Shown here one piece after another: positions 1 through 8,003 of a stretch of 43,772 nucleotides of DNA. The position numbers were made by a program, and so were the translations under genes. This stretch comes from an uncultured bacterium (GTDB taxonomy: Bacteria; Cyanobacteriota; Cyanobacteriia; Cyanobacteriales; Cyanobacteriaceae). The stretch covers positions 1 to 43,772 of the forward strand of contig CAZWLZ010000001.1 of NCBI GenBank assembly GCA_964634505.1, given 5' to 3'. A model generated the notes under the pieces. That model was not told the DNA's origin, ran no database searches, and worked only from the letters and a program-made list of their open reading frames with translations. The stretch's first letter is position 1; each line of letters starts with the position of its first letter.

Positions 1-52
1 CAATGATGCTACCAACGGCAATACCGTTAAAAATTAGTTGGGGTATTTCCAT
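1..52 (-). CDS. 5' fragment (17 codons) of an ABC-transporter permease-like gene (LivH / branched-chain amino-acid type), truncated by the window edge
   Basis: The minus strand from ATG (complement of 50-52) reads MEIPQLIFNGIAVGSII. The motif NG(I/L)xxGSI is typical of LivH-family N-termini. It is too short for a firm call. Confidence 0.3.
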   Translation of the reverse strand, partial: MEIPQLIFNGIAVGSII

Positions 53-374
53 AGTCTCTATTAATTAAACTAGAGTATTTTAACTTATCATGTTAAATTT
101 TGTAAAAAAAAAAATTTTTATTTTTATCTTTTTTCCTTGATGGCGATCGCCAAATTTTTAAGCAAAATAAGTAGGTAAAAGTTATTAAAATAAAGTGTTT
201 AAGTCAAACGAAGAGAGATGAAATAAATAGTAAATTTAGAAAATCAAGAAAAAATAAGAAAAAATATTGATCTAAATTTGAAAATCATTAGTACAATAGA
301 AAAAAGATTTAATTAATCATAAATATAATTTGTTTTATTATCTATCAAGTAACTGGAGAAACTGACGAAAGCCT

Positions 375-992
375 GTGACATATAGCAATAACAATAACAA
401 CACAAATAACAATAGTAGTAATAACATTAACAATAACAATAATATAAGTATTCCGAGCAAAAAAAATTCTGCTCGTCGAGAAATTCCTAAAATTAATAAT
501 AATATTCCTTATGCTGAACTTCGAGTTATTGATCCAGATGGGGAACAGTTAGGTATTATTACTCATAAAGAGGCGTTAAAAATTGCTCAGGAAAAGCAGT
601 TAGATTTGGTGTTAGTCAGTGAAACATCTAGTCCGCCCGTATGTAGAATAATGGATTACGGGAAGTTTAAATTTGAACAGGAAAAGAAAGCAAAAATACT
701 GCGCAAAAAACAACATACTGTCCAAGTTAAAGAAGTTAAAATGCGCTACAAAATTGACGAACATGATTACCAAGTAAGAGTTAGTCAAGCAAAACGATTT
801 TTGCAATCGGGGGATAAAGTTAAGGCAACGGTTAACTTTAGGGGAAGAGAAATTCAACATTCTCATTTGGCTAAAGAATTGTTGGATAGAATGGCACTAG
901 ATTTAAAAGAAATGGCTGAAATTCAACAAATTCCCAAAAAAGAAGGGCGTAATATGATTATGTTTCTTTCTCCCAAAAAATTAGTTAATTAG
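375..992 (+). CDS. infC: Translation initiation factor IF-3
   Basis: Strong IF-3 signature: [71 protein letters not shown]. The track start is GTG at 375 and adds an Asn-rich N-terminal extension. An ATT at 450 is an alternative start (see findings). Confidence 0.93.
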   Translation: MTYSNNNNNTNNNSSNNINNNNNISIPSKKNSARREIPKINNNIPYAELRVIDPDGEQLGIITHKEALKIAQEKQLDLVLVSETSSPPVCRIMDYGKFKFEQEKKAKILRKKQHTVQVKEVKMRYKIDEHDYQVRVSQAKRFLQSGDKVKATVNFRGREIQHSHLAKELLDRMALDLKEMAEIQQIPKKEGRNMIMFLSPKKLVN

Positions 993-1023
993 CAAATAAT
1001 TAAAATATTACCATATTATCATA

Positions 1024-1038
1024 GGGGTTTTAAACCCC
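1024..1038. terminator. Probable bidirectional intrinsic terminator hairpin between convergent infC and the rubrerythrin gene
   Basis: GGGGTTT-T-AAACCCC stem-loop in the 62-nt gap between the two stop codons. It is flanked by T-rich sequence (TTATTTGTG) on the plus strand and by A/T-rich sequence on the other side. Confidence 0.5.
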
Positions 1039-1054
1039 TTATTTGTGCTATCAA

Positions 1055-1765
1055 TTACTTGGCGATCGCCTCTTCATAAGGAACAAAAAGTTTTTTCTGT
1101 GCCCCACAAATAGGACAATACCAATCATCGGGAATCTCTTCAAAAGCAGTACCAGCAGGGATTCCACTGTCAATATCTCCTACTACAGGATCATAAATCA
1201 TGGAACATTGACGACAAATCCATTTGCGAGTAAGAGGATTATCATCAACAATTTTTGGTATGGCTTCTTTACCGTCTAAAATATTAAGGGCTTCTGTATA
1301 TTGATTGGCGTGATGATTTTCAATGCTAGTTAAAAAAGCAAAGTTTTGTGCTGCTTTACGAAAAATAGCGGCGTGTTGTTTTGATTCGGTTTCTTGGGCT
1401 TCAAATTCTGCTTGTGCTGATTCATCCCGATCCATTTTTGCTTGACTGGCAAATTCAGGATACATAGTAGTATATTCATAAGTTTCCCCTTCGATCGCCA
1501 ATTCTAAACAACGAGTGGCAATTTGTTTTTTTTGTTCATCTGTTAATTGACTTGTATCCACAACTAATTCAGGATGAATAAGGCGAAAATGGGCGAAAGC
1601 GTGTTCTGTTTCTTGATTAGCGGTTTCTTTAAATAATTTTGATAACTCCTTAAAACCAAGTTCTTTAGTAAGTTCAGCAAAAAATAAATATTTACGATTA
1701 GCCATCGATTCTCCCCCAAAAGCTGCTTCTAAGTTTTTGGCGGTGTTAGCGTTTGATAAATCCAT
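1055..1765 (-). CDS. Rubrerythrin-family diiron protein with a C-terminal rubredoxin domain
   Basis: The N-terminal ferritin-like four-helix region has E..EH-type motifs (NQETEHAFAHF, EGETYEY, ESKQHAAIF). The C-terminal rubredoxin reads WICRQC...DDWYCPICGAQK, i.e. two CxxC pairs. Confidence 0.88.
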   Translation of the reverse strand: MDLSNANTAKNLEAAFGGESMANRKYLFFAELTKELGFKELSKLFKETANQETEHAFAHFRLIHPELVVDTSQLTDEQKKQIATRCLELAIEGETYEYTTMYPEFASQAKMDRDESAQAEFEAQETESKQHAAIFRKAAQNFAFLTSIENHHANQYTEALNILDGKEAIPKIVDDNPLTRKWICRQCSMIYDPVVGDIDSGIPAGTAFEEIPDDWYCPICGAQKKLFVPYEEAIAK

Positions 1766-1857
1766 TTTATCTCCTTTGGTTGTGACTTGATATTCAAGAA
1801 TAATTGTTGTTTTCTAAAATGTCAACAAGACAAATATTTGCTCAATTAATTTAACTC

Positions 1858-2643
1858 TTATTTAACCATTAATTGTCTTTGACGTTCATATAAAAGTAGA
1901 GAATTGGCGATCGCCACGTTAAGAGATTCCACCTCATTAAGAAGAGGAATAGTAACTTTTTGATCAGCAATTTGATTTAAAGAAGAAGATAAACCCTTAC
2001 TTTCATTACCGAATAAAATTAAACTAGGAAGGGTAAAATCTAATTGCCAATAAGTTTTAGTGGCGGTAGGTAAAGTAGCAATAATTTGCATTCCTTGATT
2101 TTGATAAAATTTAACCACTGTCAGCAAATCATCAGAATTGATCATATTAATTTTAAACCATTCTCCAGCAGAAGCCCTCATAACTTTAGGATGATCAAAA
2201 TCAACACTATCATTACTAAGCCATAAACAATCAACATTAGTAGCCACTGCCGTGCGAATTATTGTACCTAAATTGCCGGGGTCTTGAATTGATTCTAAAA
2301 TTAAACCTAATTTGATAGACTCGGGCATTTTTTTTCGCCAATTATCCCGAGAAGCTATAGCTAAAACACCGTCTGGGTTAACAGTAGTAGCAATAAATTT
2401 AAGAATTTCTGGGGCTACAGTTTCTACTTTTAAAGCCAGTCTTGTTAAACTTTGCCATAAATTATTATTTTCTTGTTGCCATTGAGAAGTAGTAATTAAA
2501 GTTTTTAAAGGATAATTAATTTGACTGACTACTTCTAAGGAATTTTTACCTTCAATCAAAAATAAATTTTGTTTGTGTCTTTCTTTAGCATTATGTAATT
2601 TTCTAATTTCCTTAATCAAAGGATTTTTAATACTTGTTAACAT
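1858..2643 (-). CDS. TrmH/SpoU-family RNA 2'-O-ribose methyltransferase
   Basis: SPOUT motifs are present: LESIQDPGNLGTIIRTA, LILFGNESKGLS, IPLLNEVESLNVAIANSLLLYE. Length is 261 aa, typical of group 3 TrmH/RlmB-like enzymes. Confidence 0.85.
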   Translation of the reverse strand: MLTSIKNPLIKEIRKLHNAKERHKQNLFLIEGKNSLEVVSQINYPLKTLITTSQWQQENNNLWQSLTRLALKVETVAPEILKFIATTVNPDGVLAIASRDNWRKKMPESIKLGLILESIQDPGNLGTIIRTAVATNVDCLWLSNDSVDFDHPKVMRASAGEWFKINMINSDDLLTVVKFYQNQGMQIIATLPTATKTYWQLDFTLPSLILFGNESKGLSSSLNQIADQKVTIPLLNEVESLNVAIANSLLLYERQRQLMVK

Positions 2644-2880
2644 TTATTTATTTGACATTACTTTCTTTTATTGAGACAAAACCTTCGATTTTAGGAGATC
2701 GCCATTTCAGATTTGAAAGGTGATGCAGAATTAACCAGTTTTTGTCCTTTTAAATTAGTTTGAAAAATACTTGCTTTTCAGAAGCCTAACAGCTAACTTA
2801 AACTTAAGTAGTGATATTATAGGATGTTTTACCATGTATTTGTTTCTGGTAATTACAGCGGATAACCCTTAAATTAGCAC

Positions 2881-3531
2881 CTAGCGAAAAGTAAATTTCT
2901 CAAACCATGAACCAGTCATTTCTGGTAGCGGAAGTTCCCCATTAAGAGGTGAAAGGCAAATGATATAGCCCACTGAAGTTAGTTTACCCTCATTATCGTA
3001 GTCATCTAAGTCTGATTCGAGCTTTTCTTGATACCTTTCATATTCTTCATCATCAAGGGTTTCCATAAAAGTTGGACTTGATGAGTAAGCATAGATATTA
3101 ACCTCATAAAAATCGGGTGGTACATCTATTACTTGAAAAATCATAAAATTCTCTCTAGGCGGTTTTCCCGAAATTGCATGAGACAAATCTTCAGCGACAC
3201 AGCTACACAGTAAGATTAATTTCCCACAGGGAATATTGAGTTTCCAAGTAAGTCGGGCGCACCAGTCGTTCTGTTCTTGATTTGTTAAATCCCCAATTAC
3301 AAAAAGTGTTTTGCGATCTAAGACACAATAACCATTGAAAAGTATCGGCATACAAATCCCCTGATCTAATAAGGGAGCAATATCTTGGGCTGAACCGTTT
3401 AAAACAATGTCAGAAATTTGACTAGGAGTTAAAGCACTACCCCCCAAACTAGCGGAGGTAAGTACATATCCATCACCATCACAAAAGAAATAGGGAGATA
3501 TAGGAATGCGTAAATTAATTTGGTTTTTCAC
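2881..3531 (-). CDS. Hypothetical protein (216 aa) with an acidic C-terminal segment; co-oriented downstream partner of the zinc-ribbon nuclease gene
   Basis: Long ORF with a GTG start (complement of 3529-3531), 92 nt downstream of the 593-aa gene on the same strand. GC is higher than in flanking genes. I recognise no family. The acidic stretch reads LDDEEYERYQEKLESDLDDYDNEG. Confidence 0.6.
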   Translation of the reverse strand: MKNQINLRIPISPYFFCDGDGYVLTSASLGGSALTPSQISDIVLNGSAQDIAPLLDQGICMPILFNGYCVLDRKTLFVIGDLTNQEQNDWCARLTWKLNIPCGKLILLCSCVAEDLSHAISGKPPRENFMIFQVIDVPPDFYEVNIYAYSSSPTFMETLDDEEYERYQEKLESDLDDYDNEGKLTSVGYIICLSPLNGELPLPEMTGSWFEKFTFR

Positions 3532-3623
3532 GACTTATTAGAAAATTTCAAGTAAAAATAGCAATAAATGGGAATGTTAAGTTTTATACCTCAATTGAAA
3601 TATATTGGCTACTGGCGATCTTG

Positions 3624-5405
3624 TTAATCAGTCGGATACAAATGGCGGATAGGTGGCGTTTGTTTAGATGCTTTTCGTCGACTGAGTGATCTATTTTTCT
3701 TAGCACAGATAGGACACCACGTACCAAAAAGCACATTACTAGGTCTAGCATTCCATTGGTGGCTTTCTTGGCACTCCCAGAGAAGAGGGGTGATACTATT
3801 AACGTACTTTGTTGATAAACACTTCCCACCACGGGCAACTGCTACAGCGTGCATATCTTGGATATTTCTACCTCTGCCAAGACATTTTGGACACCAACTA
3901 CCGCTATTCTTTACGTTATTTGGTGCAGCTCTAAACCGATGACCCTTGGCACATTCCCATTCTAAGTGTTCAAATATCCCCAAGTATTTCTCAGAAATTA
4001 GTTTTCCATCACGCTCGAGTGCAATAGCCTGCAATTCTCCTAATTTATTAGGAGAGTAAACTGAGCTTAAGCTGACCTCTTTATTTTCAAAGTTAGAAGG
4101 TAGCGGAATACCATTTTTTAACAATTCCTCACTAATAAAAAATTTAACATTTTCAATGCCAAGTATTTCTAAAATGGATGGAACTTCTATAAGAGTTATT
4201 CCATTATTTCTGCATAAATCACGCTTTTTTTGATCATTTTCTTGAATCTTCTTTAACTTAGTTTTTGAAGAATCAAAGAATTTAATGCTTCTGTAATGTT
4301 GCGTTCCCTGATGCTCAAACGCAATCTTTAAAGTTTGAGAATAACCATCTAGTTCCATTTGATAACCATCAGAATTACGAAGCCAATTTGGTCTAGCCTT
4401 TTTGAAAGGATGCTCCAAAAGCTGTTCAAAAAATTCTCGACAGATACGTTCTCCTAATCCAGCACTGCAAGTAGTACACCAGCCTCCTCTAAAAATAACT
4501 GATGGAATTGTTTCCCAGCGATGTCCCTCCTGACATTCCCACAAAAGTTTCTTATTAACTCTTTCATAAACGGTTGACAAGCATTTTCCCCCACGTTCTA
4601 ATGCAATTCTTTGCATATCTTCGATGGTCTTTAATTGGTTTCCTGCACAAGTAGGACACCATTTCCCCCCATTGATAATGTTGTCAGCATTAGCCATCCA
4701 TTGATGACCTTCAGCACACTTCCATAAGAGATGGTCTTTAACATTAACAAATTTGACAGATAGGCATACACCACCCTTACTAACAGCAAATGTTTGCATT
4801 TCCTCTATCGTGTGCGTTTTTCGTTTTTCTGCACGAATTTTCAGAGCACATTTGGGACACCATCTTCCATTCTTGACATGATGTGCATCAGCTTCCCAAA
4901 TATGCCCCTGTGAACATTGCCAAGTTAATTTCTTGATGACACTTTCAAATTGAGATGATAGACACATACCTCCAAATGAACTTGCTAAGTCTTGCATATC
5001 TTTGACAGTATGCTTTCTCCGATTTTTGTCGCTTTTGGCTCGTCCACACACTGGACACCACCTGCCCAAAGTTTGAATATTCTGTGGAATAGCCTCCCAC
5101 TGATGTCCTTCTGCACATTTCCAAATGTGTTTGGTTTTCATGCCTAGAAAATTTTCAGATAAGCATTCTCCACCAAATTTACTTGCTAAGTCCCGTAAAT
5201 CCTGAATAGTTCTTCCCTTCCCAGCACAGAATGGACACCAGTTACCAGCCTTAAGATAATCTCGGCAAGATTCAAACTGATGTCCATGCTTGCACTTAAA
5301 AAGTAGCTTATTGGTACAATTTACATATTCATTAGAAAGACAGCAACCACCACGTTTTCTGGCTATTTCATGCAACTCTTCAAGCAACTGTTGTTTATCT
5401 CTCAT
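3624..5405 (-). CDS. Multi-repeat zinc-ribbon protein (5 N-terminal + 2 C-terminal repeats) with an embedded PD-(D/E)xK (Vsr/DUF559-like) nuclease core
   Basis: Seven ~60-66 aa modules fit GGxCLSxxY-x6-LxWxCxxGHxW-x13-WCPxC. The central segment reads ...YQMELDGYSQTLKIAFEHQGTQHY...LCRNNGITLIEVP, giving D353-x10-E364-x-Q366. The DNA-level motif GGACACCA (complement encodes WCP) recurs at 3712, 3889, 4654, 4855, 5053 and 5233. Confidence 0.7.
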   Translation of the reverse strand: MRDKQQLLEELHEIARKRGGCCLSNEYVNCTNKLLFKCKHGHQFESCRDYLKAGNWCPFCAGKGRTIQDLRDLASKFGGECLSENFLGMKTKHIWKCAEGHQWEAIPQNIQTLGRWCPVCGRAKSDKNRRKHTVKDMQDLASSFGGMCLSSQFESVIKKLTWQCSQGHIWEADAHHVKNGRWCPKCALKIRAEKRKTHTIEEMQTFAVSKGGVCLSVKFVNVKDHLLWKCAEGHQWMANADNIINGGKWCPTCAGNQLKTIEDMQRIALERGGKCLSTVYERVNKKLLWECQEGHRWETIPSVIFRGGWCTTCSAGLGERICREFFEQLLEHPFKKARPNWLRNSDGYQMELDGYSQTLKIAFEHQGTQHYRSIKFFDSSKTKLKKIQENDQKKRDLCRNNGITLIEVPSILEILGIENVKFFISEELLKNGIPLPSNFENKEVSLSSVYSPNKLGELQAIALERDGKLISEKYLGIFEHLEWECAKGHRFRAAPNNVKNSGSWCPKCLGRGRNIQDMHAVAVARGGKCLSTKYVNSITPLLWECQESHQWNARPSNVLFGTWCPICAKKNRSLSRRKASKQTPPIRHLYPTD

Positions 5406-5776
5406 CGATTGATTATTCTTACCTCAAACTAGTAAATGCTATCGATAATATTCTTTATATCCTTTGCGATAAATGAAGCTAGCTAACTTAGTAATTCTAT
5501 CATAACTGTTGCCTAACTGCATCTAACTAGCATTATTTCTGTACTTGGTAATTAATTATTTTTTCATTAATTTTCATTAATACCCTTAAAAATAAAGTCA
5601 TTACTATTTTATATCAATATTGTTAATATTTTTTTTAATAATTATTTACATTTGGAGATAGAGAAAAGTTTTTATACAATACAATTTTTAATAACAAATT
5701 ACCATAAAAATTAATAAATGTGTTATAAAATAAAATCTAAGTAATAACTATACTTTTGTTCAAATCAGCAAAAAAA

Positions 5777-6004
5777 ATGTTTAAAAAACCTAGTTTCGAT
5801 TCTTCTAAAATTATGTATCGTAGCGATGAATTATTAGATGCCGCTTCTAATCGCTATCGCATCACTGTACAAGTTGCTAAACGTGCCAAACAAAGACGCT
5901 TTGAGGATTATGATAATTTAGATGAAGTGATGAAACCAGTTTTACGGGCGATCGTTGAAATGGCTGACGAATTAACAGAAAATGATATTATTAGCGACTC
6001 ATGA
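5777..6004 (+). CDS. rpoZ: DNA-directed RNA polymerase subunit omega
   Basis: AASNRYRITVQVAKRAKQRR...MKPVLRAIVEMADEL is the cyanobacterial RpoZ signature. I prefer ATG at 5777 (75 aa, matching typical cyanobacterial RpoZ length and N-terminus) over the track's TTG at 5756. Confidence 0.9.
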   Translation: MFKKPSFDSSKIMYRSDELLDAASNRYRITVQVAKRAKQRRFEDYDNLDEVMKPVLRAIVEMADELTENDIISDS

Positions 6005-6627
6005 AGAAATCTAGCTTTATTTTTCACCATAAATTATGGAAAAATACTTTAGAGTTATTTTTAGCTTCCCTCATTGGCTTTATTTTGCCTTTTTGGGTAG
6101 CCAATATTACTCCTAAACAACCAGATTTTGCGAATAATAGTTTTTTAAAACCTGTTTTTGCCCAAAGTCTGACTCCTGAAATCGTGGCTAAACAAGTTTA
6201 TGAAAAAATACCCGATTTTCCTAAAGAAAATCAATATCTTCGTCAAGATTCTAAGGCAGTTGATTTAGATAATACTTTAATTAGTAGAATTGTTCGTTAT
6301 CATCAGTATGTTAAAGCTCGTCCGACTGCTTTTCGTCTTGATTGGAAGTTGACTTTGGCTGATTATTTGAATGCTAATGAAGTTATTTTACCTAATCGTT
6401 ATCCGGGTGTTAGCACTTTAACAGAAAACCCCCTAATTTTAGACCAAAAGGCGATCGATAATTTAACTATATCTCAACGAGATCAATTAGTTGCTATTTT
6501 AGTTAGTATTTATAATCCAAGTATTGATCAAAATTCTAATTCTACTCCCACTCCCACTATAAAACCGACTACTCCTTCTCCTCCTCCTTTACCATCGCCA
6601 AAAGGGGCAGAATTACTTTTACCTTAA
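6001..6627 (+). CDS. Hypothetical signal-anchored protein with a Pro/Thr-rich C-terminal tail
   Basis: N-terminal hydrophobic helix LELFLASLIGFILPFWVANI. C-terminal tail NSTPTPTIKPTTPSPPPLPSP. Its ATG overlaps the rpoZ stop (ATGA at 6001-6004). No family recognised. Confidence 0.6.
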   Translation: MKKSSFIFHHKLWKNTLELFLASLIGFILPFWVANITPKQPDFANNSFLKPVFAQSLTPEIVAKQVYEKIPDFPKENQYLRQDSKAVDLDNTLISRIVRYHQYVKARPTAFRLDWKLTLADYLNANEVILPNRYPGVSTLTENPLILDQKAIDNLTISQRDQLVAILVSIYNPSIDQNSNSTPTPTIKPTTPSPPPLPSPKGAELLLP

Positions 6628-6647
6628 TTGATTAATTTTATTTATGC

Positions 6648-7298
6648 TTATTTTTTTGATTTTAAGTAAGCAAAAACTGATTTATCACCAATATCAGAGG
6701 GGATTGCTTGGGTAAATTTACGAAGGGCAAAAACAATAAATAATAATGCCCAACTAGCTAATAAAATTTTTTCGATTAATAAGGGTAAAAACCCTAATAA
6801 GTGTCCTAATAATAAGAATGGAACAAGTATGGTTAAAATTTTTGTTTCTAAACGATTAAAACAAATTCCTTCTTTAAAATAAATGCCTGTTAAGGCTGCA
6901 AAAATAAAGCCTATTCCTAACAGATTTAAAGGATTTTCATATATAAATAAAACTAATGATTGATCACTTTTTAGGTTGATAATTATGGCTGAAATTGTAC
7001 CAATTAACCAAAATATTTTTAATAAATTATGTAAAAATGCTAAGTAAATATGGATAGTAGATAGGCTTATTATTAAACTCAGGGCAAAAATTGCAAAAAG
7101 TGGCGTTAAAGTATCTAAAACGTTCTCATTTGCCCCTTTCCATAAGATTAAAACAGTCCCCATAGCAAAGCTAAAACTAGCTAAAAATAAACTTAAACGA
7201 TAAATAATGACTTCTTGGCGATCGCCATCATTAATCGTAAAATTACCGTATTCACCTTTATAAACAATAGTGTCAGATTCTAATGATTGAATATTCAT
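6648..7298 (-). CDS. Multi-pass integral membrane protein (possibly the cyanobacterial DUF2301 family; unverified)
   Basis: 216 aa with about 6 hydrophobic segments, e.g. LSLFLASFSFAMGTVLILW, LFAIFALSLIISLSTIHIYLAF, ILTILVPFLLLGHLLGFLPLL. The family assignment is from memory only. Confidence 0.6.
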   Translation of the reverse strand: MNIQSLESDTIVYKGEYGNFTINDGDRQEVIIYRLSLFLASFSFAMGTVLILWKGANENVLDTLTPLFAIFALSLIISLSTIHIYLAFLHNLLKIFWLIGTISAIIINLKSDQSLVLFIYENPLNLLGIGFIFAALTGIYFKEGICFNRLETKILTILVPFLLLGHLLGFLPLLIEKILLASWALLFIVFALRKFTQAIPSDIGDKSVFAYLKSKK

Positions 7299-7334
7299 AT
7301 AAAATAATAAAAAATTTAAAATTTGTAATTATAA

Positions 7335-8003
7335 CTATAATTCCCAATTTATAGGAGATTGAGAAGATTTTTGTAAGGCTAAATTAATTTGAGAAAAAGG
7401 TTTACTACCAAAAAAACCTTTATTTGCAGAAAAAGGGGAAGGATGGGGGGATTTAATTATAAAATGTTTTGCGGTATTAATTAACTCAATTTTTCTTTGA
7501 GCAAATTGCCCCCAAAGTACGAATATAATAGGATTAGAATTGCGATTAAGTAAGCTAATTACAGCATTTGTAAACATTTCCCAACCTTTATCTTTATGAG
7601 AATTGGCTTCATGGATTCTTACCGTTAAAACTGTATTAAGCATCAAAATTCCTTGTTTTGCCCAATTCGATAAATCCCCGTGAGTTGGTATAGGTAATTT
7701 TTGATCTTGATTTAACTCTTTGAAAATGTTATCTAAAGAAGGAGGTATTTTTGCTCCTTTTTTCACCGAAAAACTTAAACCATGAGCTTGATTAACATTA
7801 TGATAAGGGTCTTGTCCTAAAATTACAACCTTTACTTCTGGGAAGGGAGTTAATTGAAAAGCAGTAAACACTTCCTCTTCAGAAGGAAATATTTGATATT
7901 TCTTTCTTTCTTGATTAATAAATTTTTGTAACAAAATAAAATAAGGTTGTTCGATTTCTGATTTTAAGTAAGGTAACCAAGTTTCTAATTGATTTATATT
8001 CAT
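7335..8003 (-). CDS. ung: Uracil-DNA glycosylase, family 1
   Basis: Canonical motifs VVILGQDPYH (water-activating loop), GILMLNTVLTV and HPSPFSA (intercalation-loop HPSPLS variant). Length 222 aa. Confidence 0.93.
   Translation of the reverse strand: MNINQLETWLPYLKSEIEQPYFILLQKFINQERKKYQIFPSEEEVFTAFQLTPFPEVKVVILGQDPYHNVNQAHGLSFSVKKGAKIPPSLDNIFKELNQDQKLPIPTHGDLSNWAKQGILMLNTVLTVRIHEANSHKDKGWEMFTNAVISLLNRNSNPIIFVLWGQFAQRKIELINTAKHFIIKSPHPSPFSANKGFFGSKPFSQINLALQKSSQSPINWEL

Noticed and set aside
107-117. A11 homopolymer (followed by T-runs) upstream of infC as a phase-variation tract
   Set aside because: It is intergenic in an extremely AT-rich spacer, and there is no evidence that it sits between -10/-35 elements or in a coding frame.
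612-866. 84-aa ORF antisense to infC (mirror 42907..43161)
   Set aside because: It lies wholly inside the well-supported IF-3 CDS on the opposite strand and has a low-complexity Phe/Leu/Asn-rich translation, typical of AT-rich antisense frames.
1043-1279. 78-aa ORF antisense to the rubrerythrin gene (mirror 42494..42730)
   Set aside because: It overlaps the conserved rubredoxin-domain coding region on the other strand and has no recognisable motifs.
2791-2800. The 10-nt direct repeat AGCTAACTTA (also at 5481-5490) as an att site or target-site duplication of the island
   Set aside because: A single 10-mer shared between two ~300-nt AT-rich flanks could arise by chance at roughly the 10% level by my estimate. 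No integrase, transposase or tRNA is nearby. I mention it only as weak supporting evidence.
3584-3838. 84-aa ORF overlapping the 3' end of the 593-aa gene in another frame (mirror 39935..40189)
   Set aside because: It shares a strand with, and overlaps, the repeat-bearing CDS. That CDS's frame is validated by the conserved C-terminal zinc-ribbon repeat.
5561-5580. Perfect tandem 10-mer TTTTCATTAA x2 in the nuclease/rpoZ divergent intergenic region
   Set aside because: There are only two copies in nearly pure A/T sequence, with no further periodicity. It is probably a chance or slippage product.
5756-5776. TTG start extending rpoZ by 7 codons
   Set aside because: The ATG at 5777 gives a 75-aa product whose N-terminus (MFKKPSFDSSKIMYRSDELL) lines up with cyanobacterial RpoZ as I remember it. 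A TTG start is unnecessary.
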